From contig OY970355.1 of the NCBI GenBank assembly GCA_963718525.1, forward strand, positions 160,001 through 224,000: a stretch of 64,000 bases of DNA, read 5' to 3'. Source of the stretch: Candidatus Dormiibacterota bacterium. GTDB taxonomy: Bacteria > Chloroflexota > Dormibacteria > Aeolococcales > Aeolococcaceae. A program made the position numbers and the translations under genes. Positions within the stretch are counted from its first letter, which is position 1, and every line of letters begins with the position of its first letter. This document shows, piece after piece, positions 1 through 9,083 of this stretch. A model generated the notes under the pieces. That model saw only the letters and a program-made list of their open reading frames with translations, made no database searches and was not told the DNA's origin.

Positions 1-1614
1 AGCGGACTGCTGCGCGACCATGATGCTCGGATTGAGTGTGCCGCTCATGGTGTCGAAGACCATGACCAGGCGGCCCTTCTTGTCCTGCATCATCGCGCCA
101 AACGACGCGGCCTGGTCACCGGCGAAGGCCAGGTATCCGTGCTGGTATAGGTTCGGAAACGGAATGGAAGAGAAGTGGGTGACCTGGATCTGTCCCCAGA
201 GGATGCCGGCGACGAACGAGGAGCCGCCTGCGCCGCCGTTGTTCACCACCGTGTCCAGTGAGAAGGAGATCAGAGGTTGACCTCCCCCGACGCTGTAGAC
301 CGGCGTGCCCGTGATTCGAGTGTCGATCGTTTCGACGCACTGCACGCAGCCGGGCTCGTCAGCATTGGGTGGAGACGCGTACGTCGGGCTGCCGACGGGC
401 GGATCTGCCAGGTTCCCGCCGAGCGTCTGGTTGCTCGGGTCGTACGCCCACACGACGAACCCATGGCACGCCGTGAAGAAGCAGTCATCCCCGAACGGGT
501 CCCCGAAGATGTTGAACGCGTTGACCAGGTACTGGACACCCGGGTCGTTCGCCGGAGTCGTCTCGGTCTCCACTGGCTGGACCGTGTCGACGGGAACGCT
601 GCCGACCGTGAGGTCTGTGAAGGCGACAGACGTGACCGGGTTGCCGGCCTCCATGGTCGCCTTGTCAGCAAACTGGACTTCAGCGAAGTCGTAGTTGCCG
701 GTTGTGAAGTCGAACATGTTGCCGGTGAACGAGATGGTCTTCCCGCTGAAACCGAACTGCGTGTAGTCCGCGCCGGCGTTGACCGTCCCGCCCAGAGTCA
801 TGTCGAAGTGGTACACGTGCTGAACGCCGGTCGCAGGGTTGACGACCGCGACCCAGTAGATGGAAGTGTTCGGGCAGGATGAGCCCACGCCGAACGCGGC
901 TGCCTCAACTTGGAGCGTCGCCGTCCAGAAGAGGCCGGTGTTGGGGTCGTAAAAGGCGCGCGGGTCACTCATGAACGGCCCAAGCGGGTCGCAATTACCA
1001 GGAAGGGGCGGAACCCCGTACCAGGTCAGGTCGTTGATCGGTCCGATCCACGGCGTGCCGTTCGTCTTGAAGATCTCGTAGGAGGTGTTGACTCCCTGCA
1101 GGACGTACTTCGGCGATGCGGCAAGTGCCATATCCGGCGGCTGGCAGCCACCGAAGTACGGGCAGATGGACGCAGAGTCGGCCATACCCTGGAATTTGAC
1201 GCCGCTGATCGTGCCTGCGCCGGCGCTCGATGCGCCGGCAAGGAGCTGCGTAGCGACCGGGGCGCGGAGTCCGGTCCTTGCCCAACTCTTGCTCGCCAGC
1301 GATCCTCGAACGGCCAGCGTTCGGGGCGCGGCTCTGAGCGCCGCCCCGGCCTTGACAGTGGGCAGATTGAAGATGTTTCTCGTCAGGGCCGGAACGGCGT
1401 AGTTGCCAGCGTGATGAGCCGTGGCCACCGCAGCCGAACCGCGTGCCGCAGCGGCGCCGCCGGCGCTGCTGAACATCGCGACGAGTACGGCGAGCGCGGC
1501 GCCGAGTGCCGGGACGACGCGCGCGCCTCTCGGCCGCGACGCAGCGCCCTGTCGATGACGGGCACCGCCTGCGGAAAGCGCAGGCAGCGTCGACCTATGC
1601 TTGAAGACCCCCAT
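1..1614 (-). CDS. Secreted beta-rich hypothetical protein (partial, runs off left edge; absent from ORF track)
   Basis: ATG at 1614 with AAGGAGG SD upstream; frame open to position 1; hydrophobic signal-like segment ALGAALAVLVAMFSS, then CQPPDMALAASP, SDPRAFYD motifs and paired Cys. Confidence 0.8.
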   Translation of the reverse strand, partial: MGVFKHRSTLPALSAGGARHRQGAASRPRGARVVPALGAALAVLVAMFSSAGGAAAARGSAAVATAHHAGNYAVPALTRNIFNLPTVKAGAALRAAPRTLAVRGSLASKSWARTGLRAPVATQLLAGASSAGAGTISGVKFQGMADSASICPYFGGCQPPDMALAASPKYVLQGVNTSYEIFKTNGTPWIGPINDLTWYGVPPLPGNCDPLGPFMSDPRAFYDPNTGLFWTATLQVEAAAFGVGSSCPNTSIYWVAVVNPATGVQHVYHFDMTLGGTVNAGADYTQFGFSGKTISFTGNMFDFTTGNYDFAEVQFADKATMEAGNPVTSVAFTDLTVGSVPVDTVQPVETETTPANDPGVQYLVNAFNIFGDPFGDDCFFTACHGFVVWAYDPSNQTLGGNLADPPVGSPTYASPPNADEPGCVQCVETIDTRITGTPVYSVGGGQPLISFSLDTVVNNGGAGGSSFVAGILWGQIQVTHFSSIPFPNLYQHGYLAFAGDQAASFGAMMQDKKGRLVMVFDTMSGTLNPSIMVAQQSA

Positions 1615-1778
1615 GGCCCACCTCCTTGGTCGGGCAAAAAGCGCCCGTTTGACCAGATCGATACGGGTGACCCGCACGATCGGTTCGGAGTCATAGTCGT
1701 TCGAGTGGGCCTCTGTCAAGCATTCGGACGAGGTCTGTCCCCCATGGATTGAGCGCGGCGCGTGTCATTCTCGTGGAG

Positions 1779-2291
1779 ATGAGTCGAGCGATGGCGCGAC
1801 CCGCCACTCGAGCGGTTGATGACGCGTTCTTCGAACGCTTCTTCGCCGACACCTGCCAGATGGCGGTTGGGGCGGTCGCGGTGACCACTGGGGACGTCGG
1901 CGCCGCTGAAGACGCCGTCCAGGAGGCGTACCTTCGAGCCCATCGCCGCTGGGCGAGAGTCTCGACACTGGATCGCCCCGACCTTTGGATCGTCAGGATC
2001 GCCACGCGGATTGCGGTCTCCAACTGGCGGCGCCACCGGCGCGAGACTCACCTCAGTAGCGAGTTGCAAGCCGAGGTCGCCGACAGCATCACCCGGATCT
2101 GGACCGAGTGGGGGCTCGAGGCGCTCAGCCCCAAGCAGCGCCGAATGGTGATCCTCCACCACATGCATGGACTTCCCGTCGCCGACGTGGCGAGAGCTGC
2201 GGGGTCCTCGACAGAGACGGTGCGGACTCACCTGAAGCGTGCTCGCGTGCGCCTTCGCACCCGATTCTCCGATGAGGATCGTTATGACTGA
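1779..2291 (+). CDS. ECF RNA polymerase sigma factor (SigE-like)
   Basis: AEDAVQEAYLRAHRRW (region 2); LSPKQRRMVILHH...VA...STETVRTHLKRAR (region 4 HTH). Confidence 0.93.
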   Translation: MSRAMARPATRAVDDAFFERFFADTCQMAVGAVAVTTGDVGAAEDAVQEAYLRAHRRWARVSTLDRPDLWIVRIATRIAVSNWRRHRRETHLSSELQAEVADSITRIWTEWGLEALSPKQRRMVILHHMHGLPVADVARAAGSSTETVRTHLKRARVRLRTRFSDEDRYD

Positions 2292-2979
2292 CTTGAAGCG
2301 CGATCTGGAAGAGGTCGGGAGGGCCGTCTGGCCGGCCCCCGAACAGGTTCGGCGTCGCATGATCGACCGCGGCTCCAGGCGTTGGCGTTCTCGCAGGACC
2401 TTCGGGGCAATCCTGGCCACCGCTGCGATTGCAGCAGTGATCGGGGCCGTTTCTGCCCCAGCGATCATTGCTGTGGAGCACGATCTGACGTCGTTATCCA
2501 CGTCGGCGCACCCTGCGCCTAGTGTCGGCTCCGCCGCGCAAGGATCGAGTGGCCGCTTCACCGGTAGACAGGGTGCGACAGGTCCATCGACACCCACGGC
2601 ATCGGCAGGTCACAATGCGCCGCCGCCGGCGGTCACTGTCTCGCCGAGTCCCACCGTCCACTCGCCCTCGAGCGGCGTGTCACTCGTCCTCACGCAGCAA
2701 AGCAGGGGAACCTACTTTGTGACTCTGGGCTCCACGATCACCGTCACCTTGACCGGCGGCACGAGGAGTGACCCCTGGATGATGCCCACGAGCCGGCCCG
2801 ACCAGATCGTCCATTTCTCGCGCGGTGACCGGTCGAGCGGTGGTGATGCCACAGCGACGTTCGTCGCCACCGCCTTCGGCCAGGCGACGATCCAGGCGTC
2901 CCTCTCCCGCGAGTGCCCACCCTTGTGCGGCGGAGGACCCACGTACATTTGGCACGTCCAGGTCAGCGTCGTCGCGTGA
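2284..2979 (+). CDS. Putative membrane-anchored anti-sigma factor with extracellular Ig-like domain
   Basis: Overlaps sigma stop; short cytoplasmic N-terminus, RRR plus TM helix, Ser/Pro/Thr linker, C-terminal beta domain with CPPLC. Confidence 0.7.
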   Translation: MTDLKRDLEEVGRAVWPAPEQVRRRMIDRGSRRWRSRRTFGAILATAAIAAVIGAVSAPAIIAVEHDLTSLSTSAHPAPSVGSAAQGSSGRFTGRQGATGPSTPTASAGHNAPPPAVTVSPSPTVHSPSSGVSLVLTQQSRGTYFVTLGSTITVTLTGGTRSDPWMMPTSRPDQIVHFSRGDRSSGGDATATFVATAFGQATIQASLSRECPPLCGGGPTYIWHVQVSVVA

Positions 2980-3099
2980 CCCCGGCCGTCTCGTGCCCAG
3001 TGCGTCGAGGGGCTCCTGAGGAGGCGACAGGACGGCAGTCTCGAGGACGTGACTTATCACCGGACTCGAGTTGGCACCTAGACACGGAGGTTAGTTCGA

Positions 3100-3381
3100 A
3101 TGGCCGACACCGACTTTCTTACTGCTGGTCAGGCGGCTGCGCTCATTGGCATTTCGCGATCCACTGTCCGCCGGGCTGTTGCTCAGGGACACCTGCTCGC
3201 GTGGCATACGCCTGGAAAGCATCTCCGTGTCGTCCGCGAAACGTGCCTCGAGTTTGCGCGCGACTTGGGGCGCGTTGACCTCGTGGGCCGCCCGAACGGT
3301 AACCCGTCGCCGGAGTGGCTTCCCGAGCTGGCGGCCGCCCGCAACGAGGTGCTCGGCGGGCATATCCCAGCGAGCACATAG
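3100..3381 (+). CDS. Excisionase-type (HTH_17/MerR-like) DNA-binding protein
   Basis: FLTAGQAAALIGISRSTVRR...G.L.AWHTPGKHLRV motif; GGAGG SD. Confidence 0.8.
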   Translation: MADTDFLTAGQAAALIGISRSTVRRAVAQGHLLAWHTPGKHLRVVRETCLEFARDLGRVDLVGRPNGNPSPEWLPELAAARNEVLGGHIPAST

Positions 3382-3450
3382 GTCGGTGTAGGCGCTCTCG
3401 CCCAGGACCACTTTCTCGTTGAGGTCGAAGCGGTAGCTGTCATCGACTAG
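3310..3450 (+). pseudogene. RidA/YjgF C-terminal remnant in frame with the HTH gene, interrupted by TAG at 3379-3381
   Basis: Reading through gives ARNEVLGGHIPAST*VGVGALAQDHFLVEVEAVAVID*, matching the RidA C-terminal PAST.VGV..L....LVEVEA.A signature. Confidence 0.75.
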
Positions 3451-3552
3451 ACGAAGAGACCCTGTACTGAAGCGACGTTCGGCCGATGAGGCGCATATTG
3501 GGCACCCGCTGTTCGGCTTGCCCCGTGCACCGATGCACCTCCCACTGGTACC

Positions 3553-3582
3553 GCTCGAACGACATTGGCGGATGCTCGCGTG
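3553..3582 (+). repeat. Intergenic cassette-boundary repeat, copy 1
   Basis: GCT cgaacg ACATT GGCGG ATGCT CGCGTG; lies between two convergent stop codons. Confidence 0.8.
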
Positions 3583-3625
3583 GACAACTCAGCCGTCATT
3601 CGGCTGCGAGCGGATTCTGTGGGCG

Positions 3626-4786
3626 TCAGCTGCTGAATATGTAAACGGCGCCGAAACCAGAGTTGGCGTTTGGAGCACCTACGAAGATGGCGCCCGTGGA
3701 CAACGCTACCGACAAGCCAAACTCATCTCCCGCCGCGAAGCCGTGAAGAGCGAGCCTCGGGGCGCTGTCCCATCCGGACCGAGACTTGGCAAACTCATAG
3801 GCCGCACCAGCGGTGAATCCGTTGATGGCGCCGACCCCAACGCGGCTTCCCAATACAGTGACCGAGGCCCCGAACTCGGACGCAGCCGTTCCGTAGACGG
3901 CAAGTGTCGGAGTAGTCGTCCATCCTGCAGCGCCCCTCGTATACACATACGCAGCACCGTCGTTATCGTTGTGAAATATCGCACCCACGACGAGGGTTGT
4001 GGCATCCATAGCTAACGAAGCGCCAAATTGAGAATATGTCGAGTGATCGGCGAGGGTTGCGGTCGGAGTCGTATCCCATCCCGCACTCGACTTGGTGAAG
4101 ATGTAAGCGGCTCCCTGACATGATTTAGCGCACGGAGCACCAACCGCGGCGAAGTTTCCGCTAAGAGCGACGGACATCCCGAAACCCGCAAACCCGGACC
4201 CGATACGGGGGAAGACTGCAGTCGGCGCCGTCTTCCAACCGGTGGAGGTGTTTATGAAGACATACGCTCCGTGACCAATCGTGCCGGCCAGGACGGTGCT
4301 CCCCGAAATCGCGACCGACCACCCGAAGCTCGCGAAGGTCTCAGGTCCTGTAAACACAACGGTCGGGGTCGTTTCCCATCCGCTCGCTGTCTGGGTGTAG
4401 AGATATACGGCCCCGGTACTGGAATTACGACCGGGTGCGCCGATCGCCACCGTCGCTCCCGAAATTGCGACAGATGCCCCGAACTCGTCACCCGCCGTAA
4501 CCCCGTGAAGCACTGCGGTTGGGGTCGTGTTCCATCCAAGCGAGGTCTTCGTGTAGAGATACGCCGCGCCGGCATTCGACCCTGCACCCGCGGCGCCGAT
4601 CACCGCGCTTGTACTTGACACCGCAACTGCGTTCCCAAAGTCGTCGCCAGTGGAGGCCCCGCTCAGCGTTGCGAGCAGGTGCCCAGGAACTGCGGTTGCA
4701 CCGGTCGCCGCGCTGGCAGACTGCGAGCCGCCGATGACGCCCATGGTCATCGACGCGGCAACACCGGCTGCGAGTAGAAACCGCAT
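3626..4786 (-). CDS. Secreted FG-GAP repeat (integrin-alpha-like beta-propeller) protein
   Basis: Signal peptide, then about 7 repeats of FG.SVA.SG....GA.......GA.Y.(Y/F). Confidence 0.92.
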   Translation of the reverse strand: MRFLLAAGVAASMTMGVIGGSQSASAATGATAVPGHLLATLSGASTGDDFGNAVAVSSTSAVIGAAGAGSNAGAAYLYTKTSLGWNTTPTAVLHGVTAGDEFGASVAISGATVAIGAPGRNSSTGAVYLYTQTASGWETTPTVVFTGPETFASFGWSVAISGSTVLAGTIGHGAYVFINTSTGWKTAPTAVFPRIGSGFAGFGMSVALSGNFAAVGAPCAKSCQGAAYIFTKSSAGWDTTPTATLADHSTYSQFGASLAMDATTLVVGAIFHNDNDGAAYVYTRGAAGWTTTPTLAVYGTAASEFGASVTVLGSRVGVGAINGFTAGAAYEFAKSRSGWDSAPRLALHGFAAGDEFGLSVALSTGAIFVGAPNANSGFGAVYIFSS

Positions 4787-4920
4787 GCCCATCCCCCTCA
4801 CTGCTTGAAAGAGGGTTCAGCCTATCAGGTTGCTGGATCGTTTCCTCCCATTGGCATGTCCTCCCCAAGAAGCTCGTGTTGGTAAAGCCGGGTGTCTTAG
4901 TGTCTGGGGTGCTGCTTCGA

Positions 4921-4950
4921 GCTATGAGTACATTCGCGGATGCTGGCGTG
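4921..4950 (+). repeat. Cassette-boundary repeat, copy 2
   Basis: GCT atgagt ACATT CGCGG ATGCT GGCGTG; shares downstream GTCATTCGG with copy 1. Confidence 0.8.
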
Positions 4951-5359
4951 CGTCAGTGTCATTCGGTTCCGCGAACCGGCCCAGCCCCGCGCGGCCTATC
5001 GGAGGCCCGGGCGGCGCCGGTCCAACCGCAGATCGACGTTCTCGATCGGCTCGAGTGGCACATCCGCCGCCGCCGAGGCGAGCAGCGACGGGGGTGCAGG
5101 CGCTAGCGGGGACGGTCGTCCGGAGCCCTCGGCCCGGGAATCCGGGCCTATGTCCCAGGACCTGCCGAAGGATGGAAACTGGCGCGATCTAGCGCGAGCC
5201 ATCCGTAGGATCCGGTGAGCGCCGCGCGATATGCTGTGAACAGCTCCTCGCCGAAGGCGGCGCACAACCGTGTCAGGGTGCGAGAGGAGCGCATAACCCG
5301 TATATGGCATTCGCCAATTCTGACTCTTCTTAGAGTTTGCCGCTGTGTTGCGCTGCAGC

Positions 5360-5389
5360 CATCGAGGATCACTTCGGGATGCTGGCCTG
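5360..5389 (+). repeat. Cassette-boundary repeat, degenerate copy 3
   Basis: CAT cgagga TCACT TCGGG ATGCT GGCCTG. Confidence 0.5.
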
Positions 5390-5521
5390 GGCAGCGCTCC
5401 TCTCCGCAGTCGGTTGCGTTTCTTGCGGAATCAGCCGAAACCAGAGATACGATCCTGCGAGACCCGGACGCTCCCTTCGTCGGCGAGCTGACGTGTAAGA
5501 GTCGACACGTACCGGGGTGCC

Positions 5522-5551
5522 CGTCAAGGGATATTTGCGGACCCTGGCCTG
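5522..5551 (+). repeat. Cassette-boundary repeat, copy 4
   Basis: CGT caaggg ATATT TGCGG ACCCT GGCCTG. Confidence 0.6.
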
Positions 5552-5683
5552 GCCGATTTTCGCTTCCTCGGCCGGTCGCCGATGCGGCCAGTTGGTCACT
5601 CGATTGAGCGGGCCGAACGTGCCACGGCACGGCCTCGACCAAAGCCGCTCAAGCGGCATGGGGCAGCTGGCTGGTAAGGCCTC

Positions 5684-5944
5684 TCAGCCTGCCTTGTGTG
5701 ATCTCGCCGACGGCAGCCGCGTGATCGCGAAGGACAGTAGGAGCAAGAAGGCTGCGGCACCTGCACCAAACAAGGCGCATTGCCAGATCGCAAAGGTGGC
5801 CCTCTCCGAGAGTTTGTCGAGGCAGATCTCTCCCCCAAGGGAGCATTGGGTCGGGTAGGTCACGAGCTGCGCGGTCCACAGACCAATCGCGACCCCGACC
5901 GGCGCCGACGCCACCCGAAGGACAAGCGCGAGCAGGCGCCTCAT
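5684..5944 (-). CDS. Small two-TM membrane protein
   Basis: 86 aa, two hydrophobic helices around a C-x6-C loop; TAGCAT -10 element 6 nt before ATG (leaderless). Confidence 0.7.
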   Translation of the reverse strand: MRRLLALVLRVASAPVGVAIGLWTAQLVTYPTQCSLGGEICLDKLSERATFAIWQCALFGAGAAAFLLLLSFAITRLPSARSHKAG

Positions 5945-6043
5945 GCAGTAATGCTATCGCCGCGGCTCGTCTGCTGAGACCCCGGGGGGGAGTAACCCTG
6001 TGTTTGGGGTTTGCGTCCTCACGGTTTAGTGAGGCTGCGCAGC

Positions 6044-6073
6044 GCTCAGGGTACATTCACGGATGCTCGCCTG
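6044..6073 (+). repeat. Cassette-boundary repeat, copy 5
   Basis: GCT cagggt ACATT CACGG ATGCT CGCCTG. Confidence 0.8.
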
Positions 6074-6186
6074 CGCGAAGGGCGCTTCGCTTCGACTAGG
6101 CTGACAGCCGAGCTAGAAGACTGGAACGAGGCGCAGTCCATGTCGACACCGTCGCTGCGTCACGTTGAAGCGCCACGTCCGCCGTA

Positions 6187-6720
6187 TTACTCCGCAGAGT
6201 TCTCGACAGGGTCGGGTCCGAACGTTTCCTCCATCCATGATCCGGTGCTCACCGATCCAACGCTTATAGACCTTGGGAGAGCTGGGCGGAAGCCAGTCAC
6301 CAGGCAGATAAATACCACGGTCCAGATCACCGAGAGCAAGCGCTCGATCATCAACACCCCGCCAGGTTCGGCAATGACGTTGACGACCGTCGCCGCTGCT
6401 TCCACCCCAAGCGCACTTGCGGTTAGCGCCACGCTCCACTGCATGCGGGCCGAAAGAGCAAGACCCCCCATGGCTGCAAACGCAGCAGCGCAGCTCACGA
6501 TGAACGCAGACGCCGCTTCAACTCGCACGGCGACGGGATAGGCAAACGGCTCGCTCGGAAAGCTGACAAACCCGCTGGGAGGTATGTTCAAGACCTCGCC
6601 GAGAGACACGTTTGCCAGCAGCAGTCCAGAAGTGGCGCTGAGCAGCGAGAATCCAAACACCACGAGGCCGAGCGTCACAGGATCTGGAGTCCACCCGTGA
6701 GTTGGGAATCGCCTCCACAC
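6187..6720 (-). CDS. Hypothetical multi-TM membrane protein
   Basis: About 4 TM helices; GTG start 7 nt after TAGAGT -10 element (6728-6733). Confidence 0.7.
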   Translation of the reverse strand: MWRRFPTHGWTPDPVTLGLVVFGFSLLSATSGLLLANVSLGEVLNIPPSGFVSFPSEPFAYPVAVRVEAASAFIVSCAAAFAAMGGLALSARMQWSVALTASALGVEAAATVVNVIAEPGGVLMIERLLSVIWTVVFICLVTGFRPALPRSISVGSVSTGSWMEETFGPDPVENSAE

Positions 6721-6826
6721 AGCAGGGACTCTAGCGACCAGCGATTCTTCCGTGGGGGATGTCTGGTCGTTACGGAAGCGACTAAACCTGACCTGGGGCG
6801 TCGTTGCCTCGATGACTTCGGCCGTC

Positions 6827-6855
6827 GCTACGAGACATTTACGGATGCTGGCCCG
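6827..6855 (+). repeat. Cassette-boundary repeat, copy 6
   Basis: GCT acgag ACATT TACGG ATGCT GGCCCG. Confidence 0.8.
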
Positions 6856-6958
6856 AGCGAGCAGGTTGCCTCCAGGCCGACAGCGGCGGTTCCGCGAGAC
6901 AGCAGCGTGCACGCGCCACACGCGAGAGGGTGAGTCGTTCTCGCGGCGAGGGCCTGCG

Positions 6959-7441
6959 TCAGTGCCAGAGGAGACGGAGGGTCGCATTCATGCCCACTCG
7001 CGTGCCGCGAAAGCTCACCACCACCATTGCGAGCGCAGCGATTGCCGCTGCAAGTCCGCCACCAACAAAGGGATAGAAGCCGAAGGTGATCGGCGGTGGC
7101 GCTCCGACGCCAGTGAAGCTCCCTGGCCAGGTTACAGCCACGTACGTGGATATCAGGGAAGCTGCCAATGTAACCACGGCGGTGATCCGCCGGCAAATCC
7201 TGGCGAGATGAGTCGCGGAGGCTATCCCCACTACGACGAGAAGCACGAGGACAAGCTGCCCACGGCCACCGGCACTCGCAACGAGACTTTCCGTGAGGGG
7301 CGGCGCAGGGGGGCCGCACACCAGGCAGTCTCCCCAGGTGATCGCAACAAAAGGCAGGAATGCCGCCCAACTCATCACCGCGACCGCGCCCAGACAGACC
7401 GTCGCTGGGACGATGGCGGCCCACGTCGCTCGAGCACGCAC
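6959..7441 (-). CDS. Hypothetical four-TM membrane protein
   Basis: Four hydrophobic helices with a CLVC loop; start uncertain (GTG 7441 or TTG 7489). Confidence 0.7.
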   Translation of the reverse strand: MRARATWAAIVPATVCLGAVAVMSWAAFLPFVAITWGDCLVCGPPAPPLTESLVASAGGRGQLVLVLLVVVGIASATHLARICRRITAVVTLAASLISTYVAVTWPGSFTGVGAPPPITFGFYPFVGGGLAAAIAALAMVVVSFRGTRVGMNATLRLLWH

Positions 7442-7489
7442 CCGTGCATCATCGCGTCCCGTCTTCGGAGGACCAATCGGCGTAGCCAA

Positions 7490-7518
7490 GATGTCACGAC
7501 ATTAGGGATGTCGACCGT
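7490..7518 (+). repeat. Cassette-boundary repeat, degenerate copy 7
   Basis: GAT gtcacg ACATT AGGG ATGTC GACCG (1-nt shorter core). Confidence 0.5.
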
Positions 7519-7692
7519 TTTCGCCTACGACGCGGCGGCCGGCCGCGCACACTTCCGCGCGGGGGCACGCCCATGGGTGACGCGGCAGGGGTCGAGCTTC
7601 CCGGACCGTCAAGAGGCATTGGTGGACCCTGGCCGGGACAAACATCCTGGCGTCGGCAGAGGTAGGGTTCGCCAACTGTAGACTTGGCGTGA

Positions 7693-8298
7693 GTGCATGA
7701 CGACCCTTACGCCACAGGCGTATGCGCCTACTGGCACCTATCCACTCCACCACCAGAGCTGACCGGGGCCCTCTCCGATGGCTGGCTCACGCCACCTGGT
7801 CGGGCGCTCGATATCGGGTGTGGGCTCGGCGTCGAGGCTGCAACATTAAGTGAGGCTGGCTTCCGTGCTGTTGGGATGGATCTGTCATCCGTAGCGCTCA
7901 CACGCGCATCTGCCGCACATCCTGAGGTGTTGTTCGTGGAGGCGGATGTGCGATCGCTTCCCTTCGCGGACAGTCACTTCGCCGTGCTAATTGACCGTGG
8001 CTGCTTTCACTATCTGGAGACGGCAGATCGATCCAGGTACGCGAGCGAAGCCTTTCGGGTTATACGTCCCGGTGGACGCTTCCTGTTGAGGGCATGCCTT
8101 CGAGCGGCAGGTGTCCGCAATGACATCGGAATGGAGACGCTGTTGAGCGTCTTCGCCGCCTGGGACGTCATCGCGGCACGTGAAGCGGACGTACCGAGCG
8201 ATACCCGAACGATGAGGGCGCTGGTGATCCGTCTGCAGCGCCCAGCATCCATAAACACGGCGCATCAGGCCGGGCAGGGAGTCCTCCAGAGACCTTGA
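7693..8298 (+). CDS. Class I SAM-dependent methyltransferase
   Basis: ALDIGCGLG motif I, DLS, ADVRSLPF, DRGCFHYL, IRPGG. Confidence 0.92.
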   Translation: MHDDPYATGVCAYWHLSTPPPELTGALSDGWLTPPGRALDIGCGLGVEAATLSEAGFRAVGMDLSSVALTRASAAHPEVLFVEADVRSLPFADSHFAVLIDRGCFHYLETADRSRYASEAFRVIRPGGRFLLRACLRAAGVRNDIGMETLLSVFAAWDVIAAREADVPSDTRTMRALVIRLQRPASINTAHQAGQGVLQRP

Positions 8299-8312
8299 CG
8301 GAGGCTCGCGTG
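8283..8312 (+). repeat. Cassette-boundary repeat, copy 8 (overlaps methyltransferase stop)
   Basis: CCT ccagag ACCTT GACGG AGGCT CGCGTG, followed by CGCG as in copy 5. Confidence 0.65.
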
Positions 8313-8431
8313 CGCGCCCTGCACCCCCCCGGGGAGCGCGAGCAGCGCAAGGGTGTAATCCTCTCTCGCCAATCAAACTGAACGTCTCCGGCATGTGGCG
8401 TTGTGCCTGATGGCTGGTGAGAGCGCAGGGC

Positions 8432-8956
8432 TCACGCCCGGCGCAGCGTGATCCAGAGATCGGGCTTGACGAGTGCCGCCAGGAGTACTGGCCAGAACCT
8501 CGGACCGTAGCAAGTGAAGCCGGCGACCTCGTCCTGGGCGAGGTCGAACGAACGCTCCGTGCTGCGGTGCCTGCCGGACCCGAGACGCAACGTGTGGTGC
8601 CCGGGAGCTACGGCTACCTCGACTGTCTCCCTGTTGGCGATCGACCCCACCACGATGTCGTCGATCGCGATGTTCCACTGCTCACGCTGCGCACCGATAC
8701 CGATCCCACTCCACGCCCGAACCAACCTCACTGTTGCGTCGCTTGCAGCTTCCTCGTGTGCGCGGTGTGTGTTGCGCTGGTGTTGGCTGACATCGCCTGC
8801 AACAGCCCGGACCTCACCGCCGCCGCCCCGACCTCCCAAGCGCAACGCGAAATAGCCGATGAGCGCCAGCACCACCACGATGCCGATGATGATCTGGACG
8901 ACGTGGGTGCCAGAACCACCAAGGATGCCCGCCACCGACTCGCCGCCGCCAATCAC
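8432..8956 (-). CDS. Hypothetical single-TM protein with beta-sandwich domain
   Basis: TM helix IIIGIVVVLALIGYFAL; I.IDD..VG.I...ET.EV.V.PG.H.L pattern. Confidence 0.72.
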   Translation of the reverse strand: MIGGGESVAGILGGSGTHVVQIIIGIVVVLALIGYFALRLGGRGGGGEVRAVAGDVSQHQRNTHRAHEEAASDATVRLVRAWSGIGIGAQREQWNIAIDDIVVGSIANRETVEVAVAPGHHTLRLGSGRHRSTERSFDLAQDEVAGFTCYGPRFWPVLLAALVKPDLWITLRRA

Positions 8957-9083
8957 GAGGGTGTCCCGCCGATCCGTCTCATCGGCTCACTATGCCACCG
9001 CCAGCAACCTCAGCCTCACCAGCTGCGCAAGGGTTCTCCCGGGTCGCGGAGAACACCGCGACCGGCAGCGTCGAGTGAGATGT

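Noticed and set aside
277-1752. Long + strand ORFs here and other antisense ORFs such as 15250-16356, 31107-32555, 50259-51560 and 52269-53732
   Set aside because: Shadow ORFs opposite well-supported genes, expected at high GC, with Arg/Gly-rich non-protein-like composition.
3626-4786. Nucleotide repeats in the FG-GAP gene as a DNA-level or DGR element
   Set aside because: They follow the propeller-blade protein repeats, and there is no reverse transcriptase in the window.
3553-8312. CRISPR array or canonical integron attC interpretation of the 30-bp repeats
   Set aside because: Spacers are 0.16-1.4 kb and contain genes, there are no cas genes, no RYYYAAC...GTTRRRY ends or consistent hairpin, and the recombinase lacks the IntI insertion.
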